Shown: one piece after another, positions 23,991 to 37,060 of the stretch
Position numbering within the stretch: the first letter of the stretch is position 1
Layout of the letters: every line of letters begins with the position of its first letter
NCBI GenBank assembly: GCA_038087875.1
Contig: CM075992.1
Location: 560,001-624,000, forward strand
Length of the DNA stretch: 64,000 nucleotides
From: Malacoraja senta
Taxonomy: Eukaryota
Direction of reading: 5' to 3'
Translations under genes and position numbers: made by a program
The notes under the pieces: generated by a model
The model's input: only the letters and a program-made list of their open reading frames with translations
What the model was told of the DNA's origin: nothing
The model's database searches: none

Positions 23991-25444
23991 CCAAGTCAAC
24001 TCCTCAGACAAGTCAACCACGGGCCAGTTGTCGGCACTCAGCCAATCACTCTGGTCTTGAAGAGAAACAAAGGTACGCGGACACGACATCTCTGAAGAAG
24101 AGGCTCAACCCGAAACGTCACCCATTCCTTCTCTCCAGAGATACTGCCTCTCCACCATTTTTGTGTCTACCTTCACTGTAGCCCAGCATCTGCAGATCCT
24201 TCCTACACAAGTTTAGTTTAAATCTGTGCTTTGCAATGCTTTGCAACCATCACATTGTGTCATGCTTTGGATAAACCGGTGAATGCAAGTTTGGAGGGAA
24301 CATTTTTATTGAGATGGATCAGGAAGATAGCAGATGGTAAATGCATCATCTCTAAAAGAATGAAAGAGTTTCCTCCATCAATTACACGAGCTCAGATGCA
24401 AACCATCATTAAATTAGATGGTTTATAGTCATTCAATGGTATGAAAGAAATGATGACATTTTCATTTATAAATATAGCAATGCTTCAACAGAGACAGCTA
24501 CACAATGAAAGTTTGCATATAAAAACTCTGCCACCACTGTGTAATTTAAATTGGCTCCATTTCAATCTCATCTCAGCCACAAGAGAACATCAGGAAGTCT
24601 GCAAAAGACTTCTAAAAATCTTGCTGAATATTGGAGTATAGACATTTTAACTCCCCGCATTCTGACAGCATTTTCTTAAATATTTATTTCCTCATCATCT
24701 TGCAAAGCTGACAAATTCACTTGCACTTAACTCCAACTGGCTTTACCTGAAAAACTGACTATGGTATTCAATGCCACCTACAGTGTAGACTCTGACGAGC
24801 AGATTAATTCTCGTACAGGGTGCTCCACCACTGGTGGTCTTAAAAATGGCAGCAGAGTTACTCCAGCACTTTGTGTCTTCTTTTCTAAACCAGCATCTGC
24901 AGTTTCTTGCTTCTACCCTTAGTTTAGTTTAGTTTAGTTTAGTTTAGAGATACAGCGCGGAAACAGGCCCTTCGCCCACCGAGTCCGCCCGACCAGCGAT
25001 CCCCGCACACCAACACTATCCTACACACACACACACACACTAGGGACAATTTACAATTAAACCAAGCCAATTAACCTACAAACCTGTACGTCTTTGGAGT
25101 GTGGGAGGAAACTGTGATCCCAGGGAAAACACGCGGTCACGGGGAGAACGTACAGGGGGCATCAGGCTCTTGAATACTGCAAAACTACAAACTACTGCCT
25201 TTGGTTACATAAAGGACTGAGGACAGGATCAAACCCGGTCTCTGACGCTGTGAGGCAGCGGTTCACTCTTGCCACCCACAATGCTGTGTGGTTTTGGGGT
25301 AATGGACAATCTCCAAACTCTAGATAGTCTGAGGAAGGGTCTCGACCCAAAACGTCACCCATTCCTTCTCTCCAGAGATGCCGCCTGTCCAGGTTTTTGT
25401 GTCTATCTTTGGTTTAAACCAGCATCTGCAGTTCCTTCCAACAC

Positions 25445-25875
25445 AATATGAATATTGACTCTCTAACTTCAATTAACCCTTGCATTCCCCCTCTCTCCCA
25501 TTCCTCTCCATCCCAGTTCTCCAACTAGTTTCACTTTCCTCCTGATTAAATTTAACTTTGTATGCCTCGTGGTCACCTTCCTCAACCAACATTGATCTAT
25601 TCTATCGGCCCGAAACGTTACCTATTTCCTTTGCTCCATAGATGCTGCTGCACCCGCTGAGTTTCTCCAGCATTTTTGTGTACCTATTGATCTATTCTAC
25701 ATTGTCCTTGATCGTTCCCTTTGATCTCTCGTTTCCACACCTTACCCCCTGCCATATCTCTCGTTTCCCTCTCCCCCCGACTCTCAGTCTGAAGAAGGGT
25801 CTCGACCCAAAAACATCACCCATTCCTTCTCTCCAGAGATGCTGCCTGTCCCGCTGAGTTGCTCCAGCATTCTGC
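25445..25875 (+). mobile_element. Penelope-like ORF end and terminal (pseudo-LTR) region with a decayed hammerhead motif at about 25789
   Basis: ATGAATATTGAC..TCTAACTTC (an MNID.SNF remnant) runs into the UTR shared with copies at about 2440, 51340 (minus) and 56600. Confidence 0.7.
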
Positions 25876-26639
25876 GTTTAGCTTAGGAACGTTGTGGATG
25901 GTACCACATCACAAAGTGCCCACTCCTGCTCCTTCCCACATCCAAAGCTACGGCTTCATTAAATGCAAGACGCACACCAAGATGGGTCACAGTTACAGAG
26001 CGAGACCACAAGAAAGGAAACGAAAAATTCAGCAGAGTGAAAAGGGCCTAAGGCAATCCATGCTCTAAAACAGATCTGAAGAAGGGTCTCGACCCTATTT
26101 CCTTCGCTCCATAGATGCTGCCTCACCCGCTGAGTTTCTCCAGCATTTTTGTCTAATTTTGATTTTCCAGCATCTTCAGTTCCTTCTTAAACAGATTTAA
26201 ACCAAGTGCTTTTGAAACCCTGCATAAGACCTGCAACAAACCAACTTACACACTTCAATTAAGGGACTTAAGTGAAAGACAGCAGGAGAGATATTTAACC
26301 ATCTATCAAATAAGTGCCAGCCCTCTGCTGCAGTTCATTATTAAGCCCAATCACGCAGTATGTGAGCCAGATTAAGTCAAGTTTACAGACTGGGGAAGAA
26401 TCAGTCTTTGTGTTTATTGGATGTAAATACCTTGTGGGATCAGACTGTGGGAATGTTAATTCACAAAACTGGTGGATAGATTAATGCAACGAGAAAGAGG
26501 CTTTCAAAACCGTTCCGATTCCAAGATCCAACCAAATTTGTTGTTGAGGATTAAAGGACGTTCTATGTACCCTTCCATATCGCCCGTTTCCCACTCCCCG
26601 ACTCTCAGTCTGAACAAGGATCTCGACCCGAAAAACGTC

Positions 26640-27141
26640 ACCCATTCCTTCTCTCCAGAGATGCTGCCTGACCCGCTGAGTTACTCCAGCACTCTGTGAA
26701 ACGTCACCTATCCATGTTCTCCACAGATGCTGCCTGACCCGCTGAGTTACTCCAGCACTCTGTGAAACGTCACCTATCCATGTTCTCCACAGATGCTGCC
26801 TGACCCGCTGAGTTACTCCAGCACTCTGGGAAACGTCACCTATCCATGTTCTCCACAGATGCTGCCTGACACGCTGAGTTACTCCAGCACTCTGGGAAAC
26901 GTCACCTATCCATGTTCCGGCAGCATCTATGGAGCGAAGGAAATAGGCAACGTTTCGGCCCGAAACCCTTCCGGGTTTCGGCCCGAAACGTTGCCTATTT
27001 CCTTCAGGGTTTCGGCCCGAAAGGTTGCTCATTTCCTTCGCTCCACAGATGCTGCCTGACCCGCTGAGTTACTCCAGCACTCTGTGAAACGTCACCTATC
27101 CATGTTCTCTACAGATGCTGCCTGACCTGCTGAGTTACTCC
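26640..27141. repeat. 66-bp array with the same inverted junction (composite copy 2)
   Basis: The junction at about 26918-27040 is nearly identical to that of copy 1. Confidence 0.9.
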
Positions 27142-28463
27142 ATGTGTATCTTTTTAAACAGCTCGTCCAAAGGACTGCACACGTTAGATCTTGTAGATAG
27201 ACACAAAATGCTGGAGTAACTCAGCGGGACAGGCAGCATCACTGGAGAGAAGGGATGGGTGACATTTCGGGTTGAGACCCTTCTTCAGACTGAGCATTTA
27301 AACCTCAAGGTCTGAAGAAGGATCTCGACCCAAAATGGAGGAAGATGACTGAATTTTAATGCCTTCTATCACAGTGAGGAATGTTGGTTCCACTGTGGTG
27401 GATGTTTATGTTAAATTGATTTTATGTGTGTATTGTGTACTTTTCACTTCGTATGGCTGTATGGCAACTCAAATTTCACTGTAGCTTAGTTGGTTAAGTG
27501 ACAATAAATGCAAACTTGAACTATCATCAGTGTAAACCAGCATCTGCAGTTTATTCCTACACATTAGATAGAAACATTGACATAGAAAGATAGAAAATAG
27601 GTGCAGGACCAGGCCATTCAGCCCTTCGAGCCAGCACCCCCATTCAATATGATCATGGCTGATCATCCAAAATCAGTAGGAAAGAACTGCAGATGCTGGT
27701 TTCAATCGGTTTAAAATCAGTACCAAAAAGCATCCAGAATCAGTACCCCGTTCCTGCGTTCTCCCCATATCCCTTGATTCCGTTAGCCCTAAGAGCTAAA
27801 TCTAACTCTCTTGAAAACATCCAGTGAATTGGCCTCCACTTGGTACAGGTTGGTGGGTTAGTGCAGAATATGCCATCTAGTGTGAGATGTCGATGTCAAT
27901 GGCTGCTTGTGTTACATCTACACTGCCAGATGAATGACCATGTTGGTGGCAGTTCAGTTTAGTTCCTCATGTGAAGTGAGTTCCAGTGAAAAGCACCAGG
28001 CTGCCCCAATATCGGGCATCAGCTGTGATGAAGCAGATGCGTTTCCCATTTCCCTTCACTGCTCCAGACACTTCACTGTATTTTCGTGCTGCGTTGGGTT
28101 GGTGGATTGCAGCTGGAAGTTCCCCTGTGGCCCGGAGGCAAGAAGAGAGAGGGAAGTGTACCGAGTCCCACTGTGACTGAACATGCACCAAGTACAGACC
28201 ACCCCAGGCCAGAGGCAGGACCAGTGCCCCTGCACTGCAGCTGATGCCAGGCCTTATAATCCCCAACACAGGCGGCACGATGGTGCAGCGGGTAGAACTG
28301 CTGCCTTACAGAACCAGGGACCCACGTACAATCCCGACTACTGGTGCTGTCTGTACGGAGTTTGTACGTTCTCCCCGTGACCTGCGTGGGTTTTCTCCTG
28401 GATCTTCTGTTTCCTCCCACACTCCAAAGATGTACGGGCTTGTAGGTTAATTGCCTTGGTGTA

Positions 28464-28718
28464 CAGTGCATTCAGAAAGTATTCAGACCCCTTCGCTTTT
28501 TTCACATTTTGTTACGTTACAGCCTTATTCTAAAATGGATTAAATTCATTTTTATCATCATCAATCTATACACAATACCCCAGAATAAAAAAGCAAAAAC
28601 AGGCGTTTAGCAATTTTGTGTGTAGATTGAAAATGAATATAATACATAGGAGAATAAGGCTGTAACGTAACAAGATGCGGAAAAAGTGAAGGGGTCTGAA
28701 TACTTTCTGAATGCTCTG
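28464..28718. mobile_element. Tc1-derived MITE, 255 bp
   Basis: About 68-bp TIRs beginning CAGTGCATTCAGAAAGTATTCAGACCCC; TA duplicated on both sides. Confidence 0.92.
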
Positions 28719-28720
28719 TA

Positions 28721-29587
28721 TGTGAGTGGGCAAATGTTTGGCAGATGCAGTATAATGTGGATAAATGTGAGGTTATCCACTTTGGTGGCAAAAACGGGAA
28801 GGCAGACTATTATCTAAATGGTGGCCGATTAGGAAATGGGGAGATGCAGCGAGACCTGGGTGTCATGGTACACCAGTCATTGAAAGTAGGCATGCAGGTG
28901 CAGCAGGCAGTGAAGAAAGCGAATAGTATGTTGGCCTTCATAGCAAGAGGATTTGAGTATAGGAGCAGGGAGGTTCTACTGCAGTTGTACAGGGTCTTGG
29001 TGAGACCACACCTGGAGTATTGCATACAGTTTTGGTCTCCAAATCTGAGGAAGGACATTATAGCCATAGAGGGAGTGCAGAGAAGGTTCACCAGACTGAT
29101 TCCTGGGATGTCAGGACTTTCATATGAAGAAAGACTGGATAGACTTGGCTTATACTCGCTAGAATTTAGGAGATTGAGAGGGGATCTTATAGAAACGTAC
29201 AAAATTCTTATGGGGTTGGACAGGCTAGATGCAGGAAGATTGTTCCCGATGTTGGGGAAGTCCAGGACAAGGGGTCACAGCTTAAGGATAAGGGGGAAAT
29301 CCTTTAAGACCGAGATGAGGAAAAACTTTTTCACACAGAGAGTGGTGAATCTCTGGAACTCTCTGCCACAGAGGGTAGTTGAGGCCAGTTCATTGGCTAT
29401 ATTTAAGAGGGAGTTAGATGTGGCCCTTGTGGCTAAAGGGATCAGGGGGTATGGAGAGAAGGCAGGTACGGGATACTGAGTTGGATGATCAGCCATGATC
29501 ATACTCGAAGGGCCGAATGGCGGTGCAGGCTCGAAGGGCCGAATGGCCTACTCCTGCACCTATTTTCTATGTATCTATGTATCTATG
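28721..29587 (+). mobile_element. 5'-truncated CR1 (HER1-like) LINE, young subfamily
   Basis: Uninterrupted 244-aa ORF with CR1 ORF2 C-terminal motifs (LYRVLVRPHLEYC.QFWSP, TRGH, FFTQRVVNLWNSLP) and a (TATCTATG)n tail. Confidence 0.95.
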
Positions 29588-31379
29588 TGTGTAGGATAGT
29601 GTTAGTGTGTGGGGATCGCTGGTCGGCACGGACCCGGTGTGCTGAAGGGTCTGTTTCCATGTTGTGTCTGTAAACTAAACAAGTCAGGAGCTCAGAGGTC
29701 TAGGTCCAGATGATGCATTCACCATTCATTCTTCAACACTGTTGATAATAAGATCTTCTGCCATCTAAATACCAAACCAGAAATCCTTCCCCAAATGTCC
29801 CACACCTATCCCATCTCTCCACGTTCCCCTCAGAACAACGCAAGTGCCCAACAACGCAACGCAAGGAGTTAGCGCGGTGAAGAAGGCACACGGTAGATAT
29901 GTCTTCATTGGTCAGAGCAGCGAGTATAAGAGGCAAGAAGTCCTGTTGTAGATTTGTCGGGCTTTAGTTCTGCCACATGTGGAGCATTTTGCGTGCAGTT
30001 CTGGTCGCCCCATTACAGGAAGAATGTAGAGGCTTTGGAGAGGCTACAGAAGACGTTTACTAGAATGCTGCCGGGATTATGAGGTATTAGTTACAAGGAG
30101 AAAAAAAAGACACAATGTGCTGGAGTAACTCAACGAGTCAGACAACACTTCTGGAGAACATGGACAGGCAACGTTTCGGGTCGGGACCCTTCTTCAGACT
30201 CATTGTCAAGGGGATAGGAGGAAAGTGGAAGAGAGATGGTGGTGGCTGGCTACAAGGACACTCTTGGATTATCTTCTCTGGAAGACCGGAGATTGAGGGG
30301 CGACCTGATGGAAGAACAGAACATTATGAGAGGCAGTTAGAAACCTTCTCCCCAGGGTGGAAATGTCAAAGACTGGTGGACACAGCTTCAAAGTGAATTG
30401 GGACAAAGTTTACAGGAGACGTGGACAAGTTTGGAAGTGGTGGTAGAGGCAGATACGATAGACACATTGAAGAGGCTTTAGGATAGATCTATGGACAAGC
30501 GGGAATGGAGCGATATGGATCATGTTCAGGCGGATGTCATAGTCATAGAGTGATACAACGCGGAAACAGGCCCTTCCCCTCAACTTGCCCACACCAGCCA
30601 ACATGTCCCATCTACACTGGTCCCACCTGCCCGTGTTTGGTCTTCAATCCTGTCCTATCCATGTACCTGTCTAACTGTTTCTTAAACGTTGGGATGGTCC
30701 CAGCCTCAACTACCTCCTCCGGCAGCTCGTTCCATACACCCACCACCCTCTGTGTGAAAATAGATCCCCATTAAATCTTTTCCCCTTCACCTTAAACCTA
30801 TGGTGACCCCATAAAGATGAGTTTAACTTGGCATCATGTTCGGCACCGACACAGTGGGTCAAAGCGTGGGTGTTCCAGTCCTGTACTGCTCTATGTTCTA
30901 AAGTGCCTTGGATGATGTCGTTGCTGAATAAATTCAAGTGGTAATAATGAATGCAGGATGAAAGTGTGTTATAGCCACAGCTGGGCTGCCACAGCCCTTT
31001 CATGTTCTAATGCAACACTCATTTGCACAGAGTAGGGGGTGGGGGCTGAGAATCCACCCTGAGGTCAGTGATACATCATGCAGCATTTTCCCATTGATCG
31101 GGAGCAGAGACCACACCACCATAAATCCAAGCGCAGCATCGCCCCCTCGCCCCACTCTCCTGTTTAATCACAAACTTGTGGCACTGACTGGAGGCGAGCC
31201 AAGCGGAAAATGAAACACAGACCTTTAACGCTCAGAATGCTCGTCGTTAACCCCTCATCTCCCAACACTCTCAAAGTCAAGGTCGTGCCAAGATGGCCAT
31301 CGGATGAGTACCAGGATAAACACCATGTCATAAATCTACCCACTACCCAAGGGGCCAGAATCCCACCATTTGTTTAGAT

Positions 31380-31970
31380 TAGTTTAGTTTAGTTTAGAGA
31401 TACAGCGTGTAAACAGGCCATTTGGTTCACCGAGTCTGCGCCAACTAGTCATCACCCATACACTAGTTCTATCTCACACACTCGGGATCATTTACGGAGG
31501 GCCAATTAACCTTCAAATCTGCACGTCTTTCAAATGTGGGAGGAAACCGGAGCACCCGGAGAAAACCAAACACAATTACAGGGAGATTGTGCAAACTCCA
31601 CACAGACAGCACCCGAGGTCAGGATTGAACCTGGGTCTCTGGCGTTGTAAGGCAGCAACTCTACCGCTGCGTCACACTGCCACCCTGTAAAACGGGTAGT
31701 TTGCTATGGTGAGGTCAAGGCAGCGGTAGAACAGCTGCCTCACAGCGGCAGGCACCTGGGTTTGATCCTGACTACGGGTGCTGTCTGTGTGGAGTTTGCA
31801 TGTTCTCCCTGATGTGCGGGTTGGTCGGATAATTGGCCCTCTGTAAATTGCCTCGGTTGTGTGGGGAGTGAATGAGAAAGTGGGATAACATAGAACTAGT
31901 GTGAACGGGTGATTGATGGTTGGCATGGTCTGGGTGGGCTGAAGGGCCTGTTTCCACACTGCATCTCCTA
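31380..31970. mobile_element. Head-to-head pair of HE1-like SINEs
   Basis: Minus copy about 31380-31686, plus copy about 31718-31970. Confidence 0.75.
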
Positions 31971-32351
31971 GATCACGTAGCAAAGGTAATTGTGTTAGTG
32001 GGGGAGAGGGGCTTGGGGGCCAAAGAGTTTCAGACTCGCAATAACAAAGTGTTTTTCTTCCAGAACGATTTTCAAAAATAAAGGATCATTTGTGAAATTC
32101 AAGTTGTTATGGGAAGTGGACGGGCAGAGTTTGAAAAATGGCTTAATTCCAGACTTAATAACCAAAAATTCAAAACTCAATAACCGCTCAAATATTTTCC
32201 GAATTAACTTTGACATTATTTCAGTGTGCCTGCACATTATCATGTCAGACCAGACTGGTTCTGCTAAGATTGCCAAGCCTGGATTAGTTGTAAATATGAA
32301 TGCTGAGTGTACTGGGATATTAAATGGTGGACTAACCTACCTTGTTTTATC

Positions 32352-32870
32352 GAAGATAGACACAAATGCTGGAGTAACTCAGTGCAGATAGACAAAGTGC
32401 TGGAGTAACTCAGTGAAGATAGACACAAATGCTGGAGTAACTCAGTGCAGATAGACACTAAATGCTGGAGTAATTCAGTGAAGATAGACACAAATGCTGG
32501 AGTAACTCAGTGAAGATAGACACAAAATGCTGGAGTAATTCAGTGAAGATAGACACAAAATGCTGGAGTAATTCAGTGAAGATAGACACAAAATGCTGGA
32601 GTAATTCAGTGCAGATAGACACAAAATGCTGGAGTAATTCAGTGAAGATAGACAACATGCTGGAGTAACTCAGTGAAGATAGACACAAAATGCTGGAGTA
32701 ACTCAGTGAAGATAGACACAAAATGCTGAAGCAATTCAGTGAAGATAGACAAAGTGCTGGAGTAACTCAGTGAAGACAGACACAAAATGCTGGAGTAACT
32801 CAGTGAAGATAGACAAAGTGATGGAGTAACTCAGTGAAGATAGACACAAAAAGCTGGAGTAACTCAGCGG
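32352..32870. repeat. About 16 copies of a 30-33-bp minisatellite GAAGATAGACACAAAATGCTGGAGTAACTCAGT
   Basis: The array runs directly into a full copy of the parent element (32870-32935). Confidence 0.9.
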
Positions 32871-33560
32871 AACAGGCAGCATCTCTGGAGAGAAGGGATG
32901 GGTGACGTTTTCGGTCGAGACCCTTCTTCAGACTATCTAGAGATTGTAGCTTGTCCATTACCCCAAAAACGCACAGCACAGTGGGTGGCAACAGTGACGC
33001 AGCGGGTAGAGCAGCTGCCTCACAGCGCCAGAGACCGGGTTTGATCCTGTCCTCAGGTGCTGCCTGTGCGGAGTTTGCACGTTATACGTGTAACCGCGTG
33101 GGTTTCCTGCGGGTGCTCCAGTTTCCTCTTCTCTTCCTCTTCCATCTCTGGAGAGAAGGAATGGGTGACGTTTTGGGTCGAGTGAAGAAGGGTCTCGACC
33201 CGAAACGTCACCCATTCCTTCTCTCCAGAGATGCTGCCTGTCCCGCTGAGTTACTCCAGCATTTTGTGACTATATTCCTTTATCCTGTATCTGTACACTG
33301 TAAATGGCTCGATTACAATCATGTATAGTCTTTCTGCTGACTGGTTAGCACGGGACAAAAAGCTTTTCACTGTACCTCGGTACACGTGACAATAAACTGA
33401 ACTGAGTTACTGCTGGCGGGAGTTTGGAAACCCTTCCAAGGCATTGTCTTATCTCACTAGCAGTAACTGTGGCTGGAGACTTGACGTTTGGTCTTTGAGT
33501 TTATCCCCAACCTACACCCAACCTTCAGTGTTAAAGAAGGAACTGCAGATGCTGGAAAAC

Positions 33561-33588
33561 CTGAAGAAGGGTTTCGGCCCGAAACGTT
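33561..33588 (+). ncRNA. Minimal hammerhead core, UUCG-loop variant
   Basis: CTGAAGA-A-GGGT(TTCG)GCCC-GAAAC-GTT. Confidence 0.55.
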
Positions 33589-34852
33589 GCCTATTTCCTT
33601 CGCTCCATAGATGCTGCTGCACCCGCTGAGTTTCTCCAGCATTTTTGTGTACCTCCAACCTTCAGTGTTATAACCAGTGAAACAACAAACATTGCACTTT
33701 GTGCTTTTTCATTCCACGGTTACTCATGACAACAGCCTGGAGATGATTTCATTCCTTGAGGTTTTCAAGCGATCCTGAAGTGTGGGGAATATCGCACCTT
33801 GTGTGTCAAGGCGGGCTGACGTCATCACCCCACCCTGGGGACTTCACCGGATGGTGTCAACAGCTGAGTGAAGCAAGTGGCAGCGAGCTTGGCATGGATC
33901 CTCACCGGAGACCCAGGACCATTGAAACTTAACGATGGGCATTGGCGATGAGCAGAGCCATGGAGAGGAGACTGCAAGCCATGGAGGGCGTTCACTTCAA
34001 CATCAGCCAACATTAGAGTAGACAAAAGTGCTGAAGAAACTCAGCGGGTGCAGCAGCATCTAAGGAGCGAAGGAAATAGGCAATGCTTCGGGCCCGAAAC
34101 GTTGCCTATTTCCTTCGCTCCATAGATGCTGCTGCACCCGCTGAGTTCCTCCAGCACTTTTGTCTAACTTCGATTTTCCAGCATCTGCAGTTCCTTCTTA
34201 AACAGCCAACATTAGAGTAGATGACATGTACAAAGCTACAGCCAGGGGTGGCTCCAAATACAAACAAATGCTTTACTAGCCCTGACACCAAAGGTCTCGA
34301 CCTGAAACGTCACCTATTCCTTTTCCGTCTGTCCTGCTGAGTTACTCCAGCATTTTGTGTCCATCTTCGATTTAAACCAGCATCTGCAGTTCCTTCCTAC
34401 ACCAGGATTCCCTGGATAGGTCGCTCACTAAAGGATAATAGCGGTTTATTTTTAGGTTTTGGTTCTATTGTTTCCGCGTGTACCGGGGTACAGTGAAAGG
34501 CTTTGTTTTGCATGCCATCCGAGCAGATCAGATCTACCACACAAGGACACAATCAAGTCAAACTCAAGTACAATTGATAGGGCAAAGGGGAAGATACAGA
34601 GTGCAGAATAAAGTTCTCAGCTTTGTAGCGCATCAGTTCCAGAGACAAAGTCCAATGTCCACAGTGGGGTAGAGGTGAATCGAACAGTACCCTAGACAAA
34701 AGACAATAGGTGCAGGAGTAGGCCATTCGGCTCTTCGAGCCAGCATCGCCATTCAATGTGATCATGGCTGATCATTCATTCATTCACAGGAAGACAAAAA
34801 TGCTGGAGTAACTCAGTGAGTGAGGCAGCATCTATGGAGCGAAGGAATGGGT

Positions 34853-34880
34853 GACGTTTCGGGTCGAGACCCTTCTTCAG
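34853..34880 (-). ncRNA. Minimal hammerhead core motif (intact copy)
   Basis: Reverse complement of the 28-nt motif. Confidence 0.55.
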
Positions 34881-36769
34881 ACATTCATTCATTCATTCAT
34901 TCATTCACCATCACTACCTTTTTTCCATTTAGATTTAGTGTTTAGTTTAGGAGATACAGTGCGGAAACAGACCCCTTCAGCCCACCGAGTCCGCACTGAC
35001 CAGTGATCCCCGCACACTAACACTATTCTACACACACTAGGGACAACTTACAATTATACCAGGCTGATTAACCTACAAACCTGTACATCTTTGGAGTGTG
35101 GGTAGCTTATGGAAGGACCGTTCATAAACCCAGATAATGTAGGGCAAGAGTCTGATATTGCGTGCACTTTCCCAATGTTCCAGGAATCGTGAGTGCCTGA
35201 GTACAGACGATGTAGGTAGACTGATTAAAGAACAAAAATGTACTCCTTTGGCATTGGGCAATGGGTGGAGCTGCTGTCTCATTGCACCAACGTCGTGCGT
35301 TCAATCCTGGAGTTTGCACATTCTTCCTGGGACCACATGGGTTTCCTCCAGGTGCTCTGGTTTCCTCCAACTTCCCAAAGTTGTTCAGGTTGATAGGCTG
35401 TTTATAAAATCACCCTGAGTGCGGGTGGATGGGGGAAATCGATGGGAATACAGGGAAAGGTTACCTGGAGAAATTACTGGTGGAATGAATTTGGTACGTA
35501 GATAAAAACACGGTGGTGGTGGGGCTAAGAGTGGTGGCTCTTAGAATAAAGGGGAGGTCATTTAACGCTGAGGTGAGAAAAAAAAATTCACCCAGAGAGT
35601 TGTGAATTTGTGGAATTTCCTGCCACAGAGGGCAGTGGAGGCCAAGTCACTGGATGGATTTAAGAGAGAGTTAGATAGAGCTCTAGGGGCTAGTGGAATC
35701 AAGGGATATGGGGAGAAGGCAGGCACGGGTTATTGATAGGGGACGATCCGTCATGATCACAATGAATGGCAGTGCTGGCTCGAAGGGCCGAATGGCCTCC
35801 TCCTGCACCTATTTTCTATGTTTCTATGTTTCTATGCTAGTGTGGATCAGGCACCTTGGTCAGCATTGGCAAGTTGGGCCGAAGGGCCTGTTTCCCTGCT
35901 GTGACTATGACTCTATGAACGAGGTTCCTATGTGGACCAAATGTGCCAATGGGGACCAAATGTTTTTTTCAGTCAGAAAGAAATATATAATTAAACCCTT
36001 ATTTTTCCAGTCACGTGGCAGGTTTGTTTGTTATTTGTGTGCATTGGCACCGTTCTATGTACAAAAACAAACACTGGTTAAAACCGTACCCTCTCTAAGA
36101 TCACTCCTGCCGCCTGTGGCTTTATGCTGAACATCGAGGGGGGTGGTAGTGGCGGAGAGACGGTCAACCTACACACGCCACGTCACCACAGATCTCCGTA
36201 GAACTGACCCAAGCATAAAGAGTTCCTGTCCACACCCCCGCAGCGTCCCCTTGCCCAGTGCCAAAAGCAAGCCATCCTCCCCCCACCTTCAAATAACTGG
36301 TTCTATGAGTAAAAGCAGTTCCTCGCCTCAAGGCCCAACACAGAACTATTTTGGTTTCTCTTCAATTACAATTTGGCAGAAGCAGTCTTAGGCAATTCTT
36401 AAAGCAACAACCAAACTCATAGGTACATATTTAACATAACCTACAATTCTGAACCACGGCTCAAAATTGCACCTTTAGTTGGAGATATTCCAGGAAACTT
36501 TCCTCCATTAAAGACCTGCATTGATCTTATATTTGAAGCGACCTCATACCAAACTGGAAATGCAAGGTGTAATTTTTAGTTTGCTTATCAAAGTGATGAG
36601 ATACTGTTGGCAAAGGATCAAAGGGACTTTTCGTTTTGTTCTCTCCTTCCTGACCCAAACGTAAATCAAAGCCATCAGCAAAGCCCGAAAGGTTACAAAG
36701 AAAATACTGCTAACAATTTCGGCCGTGACAACAACAATGAAAATGATTTGTTTTTCTGGCTTAGAGATT

Positions 36770-37060
36770 AGTTTAGAGATACAGTGCGGAAACAGGCCCT
36801 TCGGCCCACCGAGTCTGCGACTACTAGTGATCCCCGCACACTAACACTATCCTACACACACTGGGGACAATTTACAATTCTTACCAAAGCCAATTAGCCA
36901 ACAAACCTGCAAGTCTTTGGAGCGTGGGAGGAAACCGGTGCACCCCCGGAGAAAACTCACGGGGAGAAGGTACAAACTCCATACAGACAGCATCCGTAGT
37001 CAGGATTGAACCCGGGTCTCTGGCGCTGTGAGGCAGCAACTCTACCGCAGCGCCACCATG
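36770..37060 (-). mobile_element. HE1-like SINE
   Basis: Family body. Confidence 0.8.

Larger units (their letters stand above)
28271..29680 (+). mobile_element. HE1-like SINE split by the Tc1 MITE and a CR1
   Basis: Head at 28271-28461, tail at about 29588-29680. Confidence 0.8.

Noticed and set aside
23382..24181. His/Pro/Thr-rich ORFs up to 262 aa
   Set aside because: Translations of a CA-rich repeat, open in many frames.
28745..29479. 244-aa ORF as a host gene
   Set aside because: It is the C-terminal part of CR1 ORF2 in a 5'-truncated copy.
32352..32870. CRISPR-like regular repeats of about 32 bp
   Set aside because: No unique spacers; this is a eukaryotic tandem repeat derived from the adjacent element.
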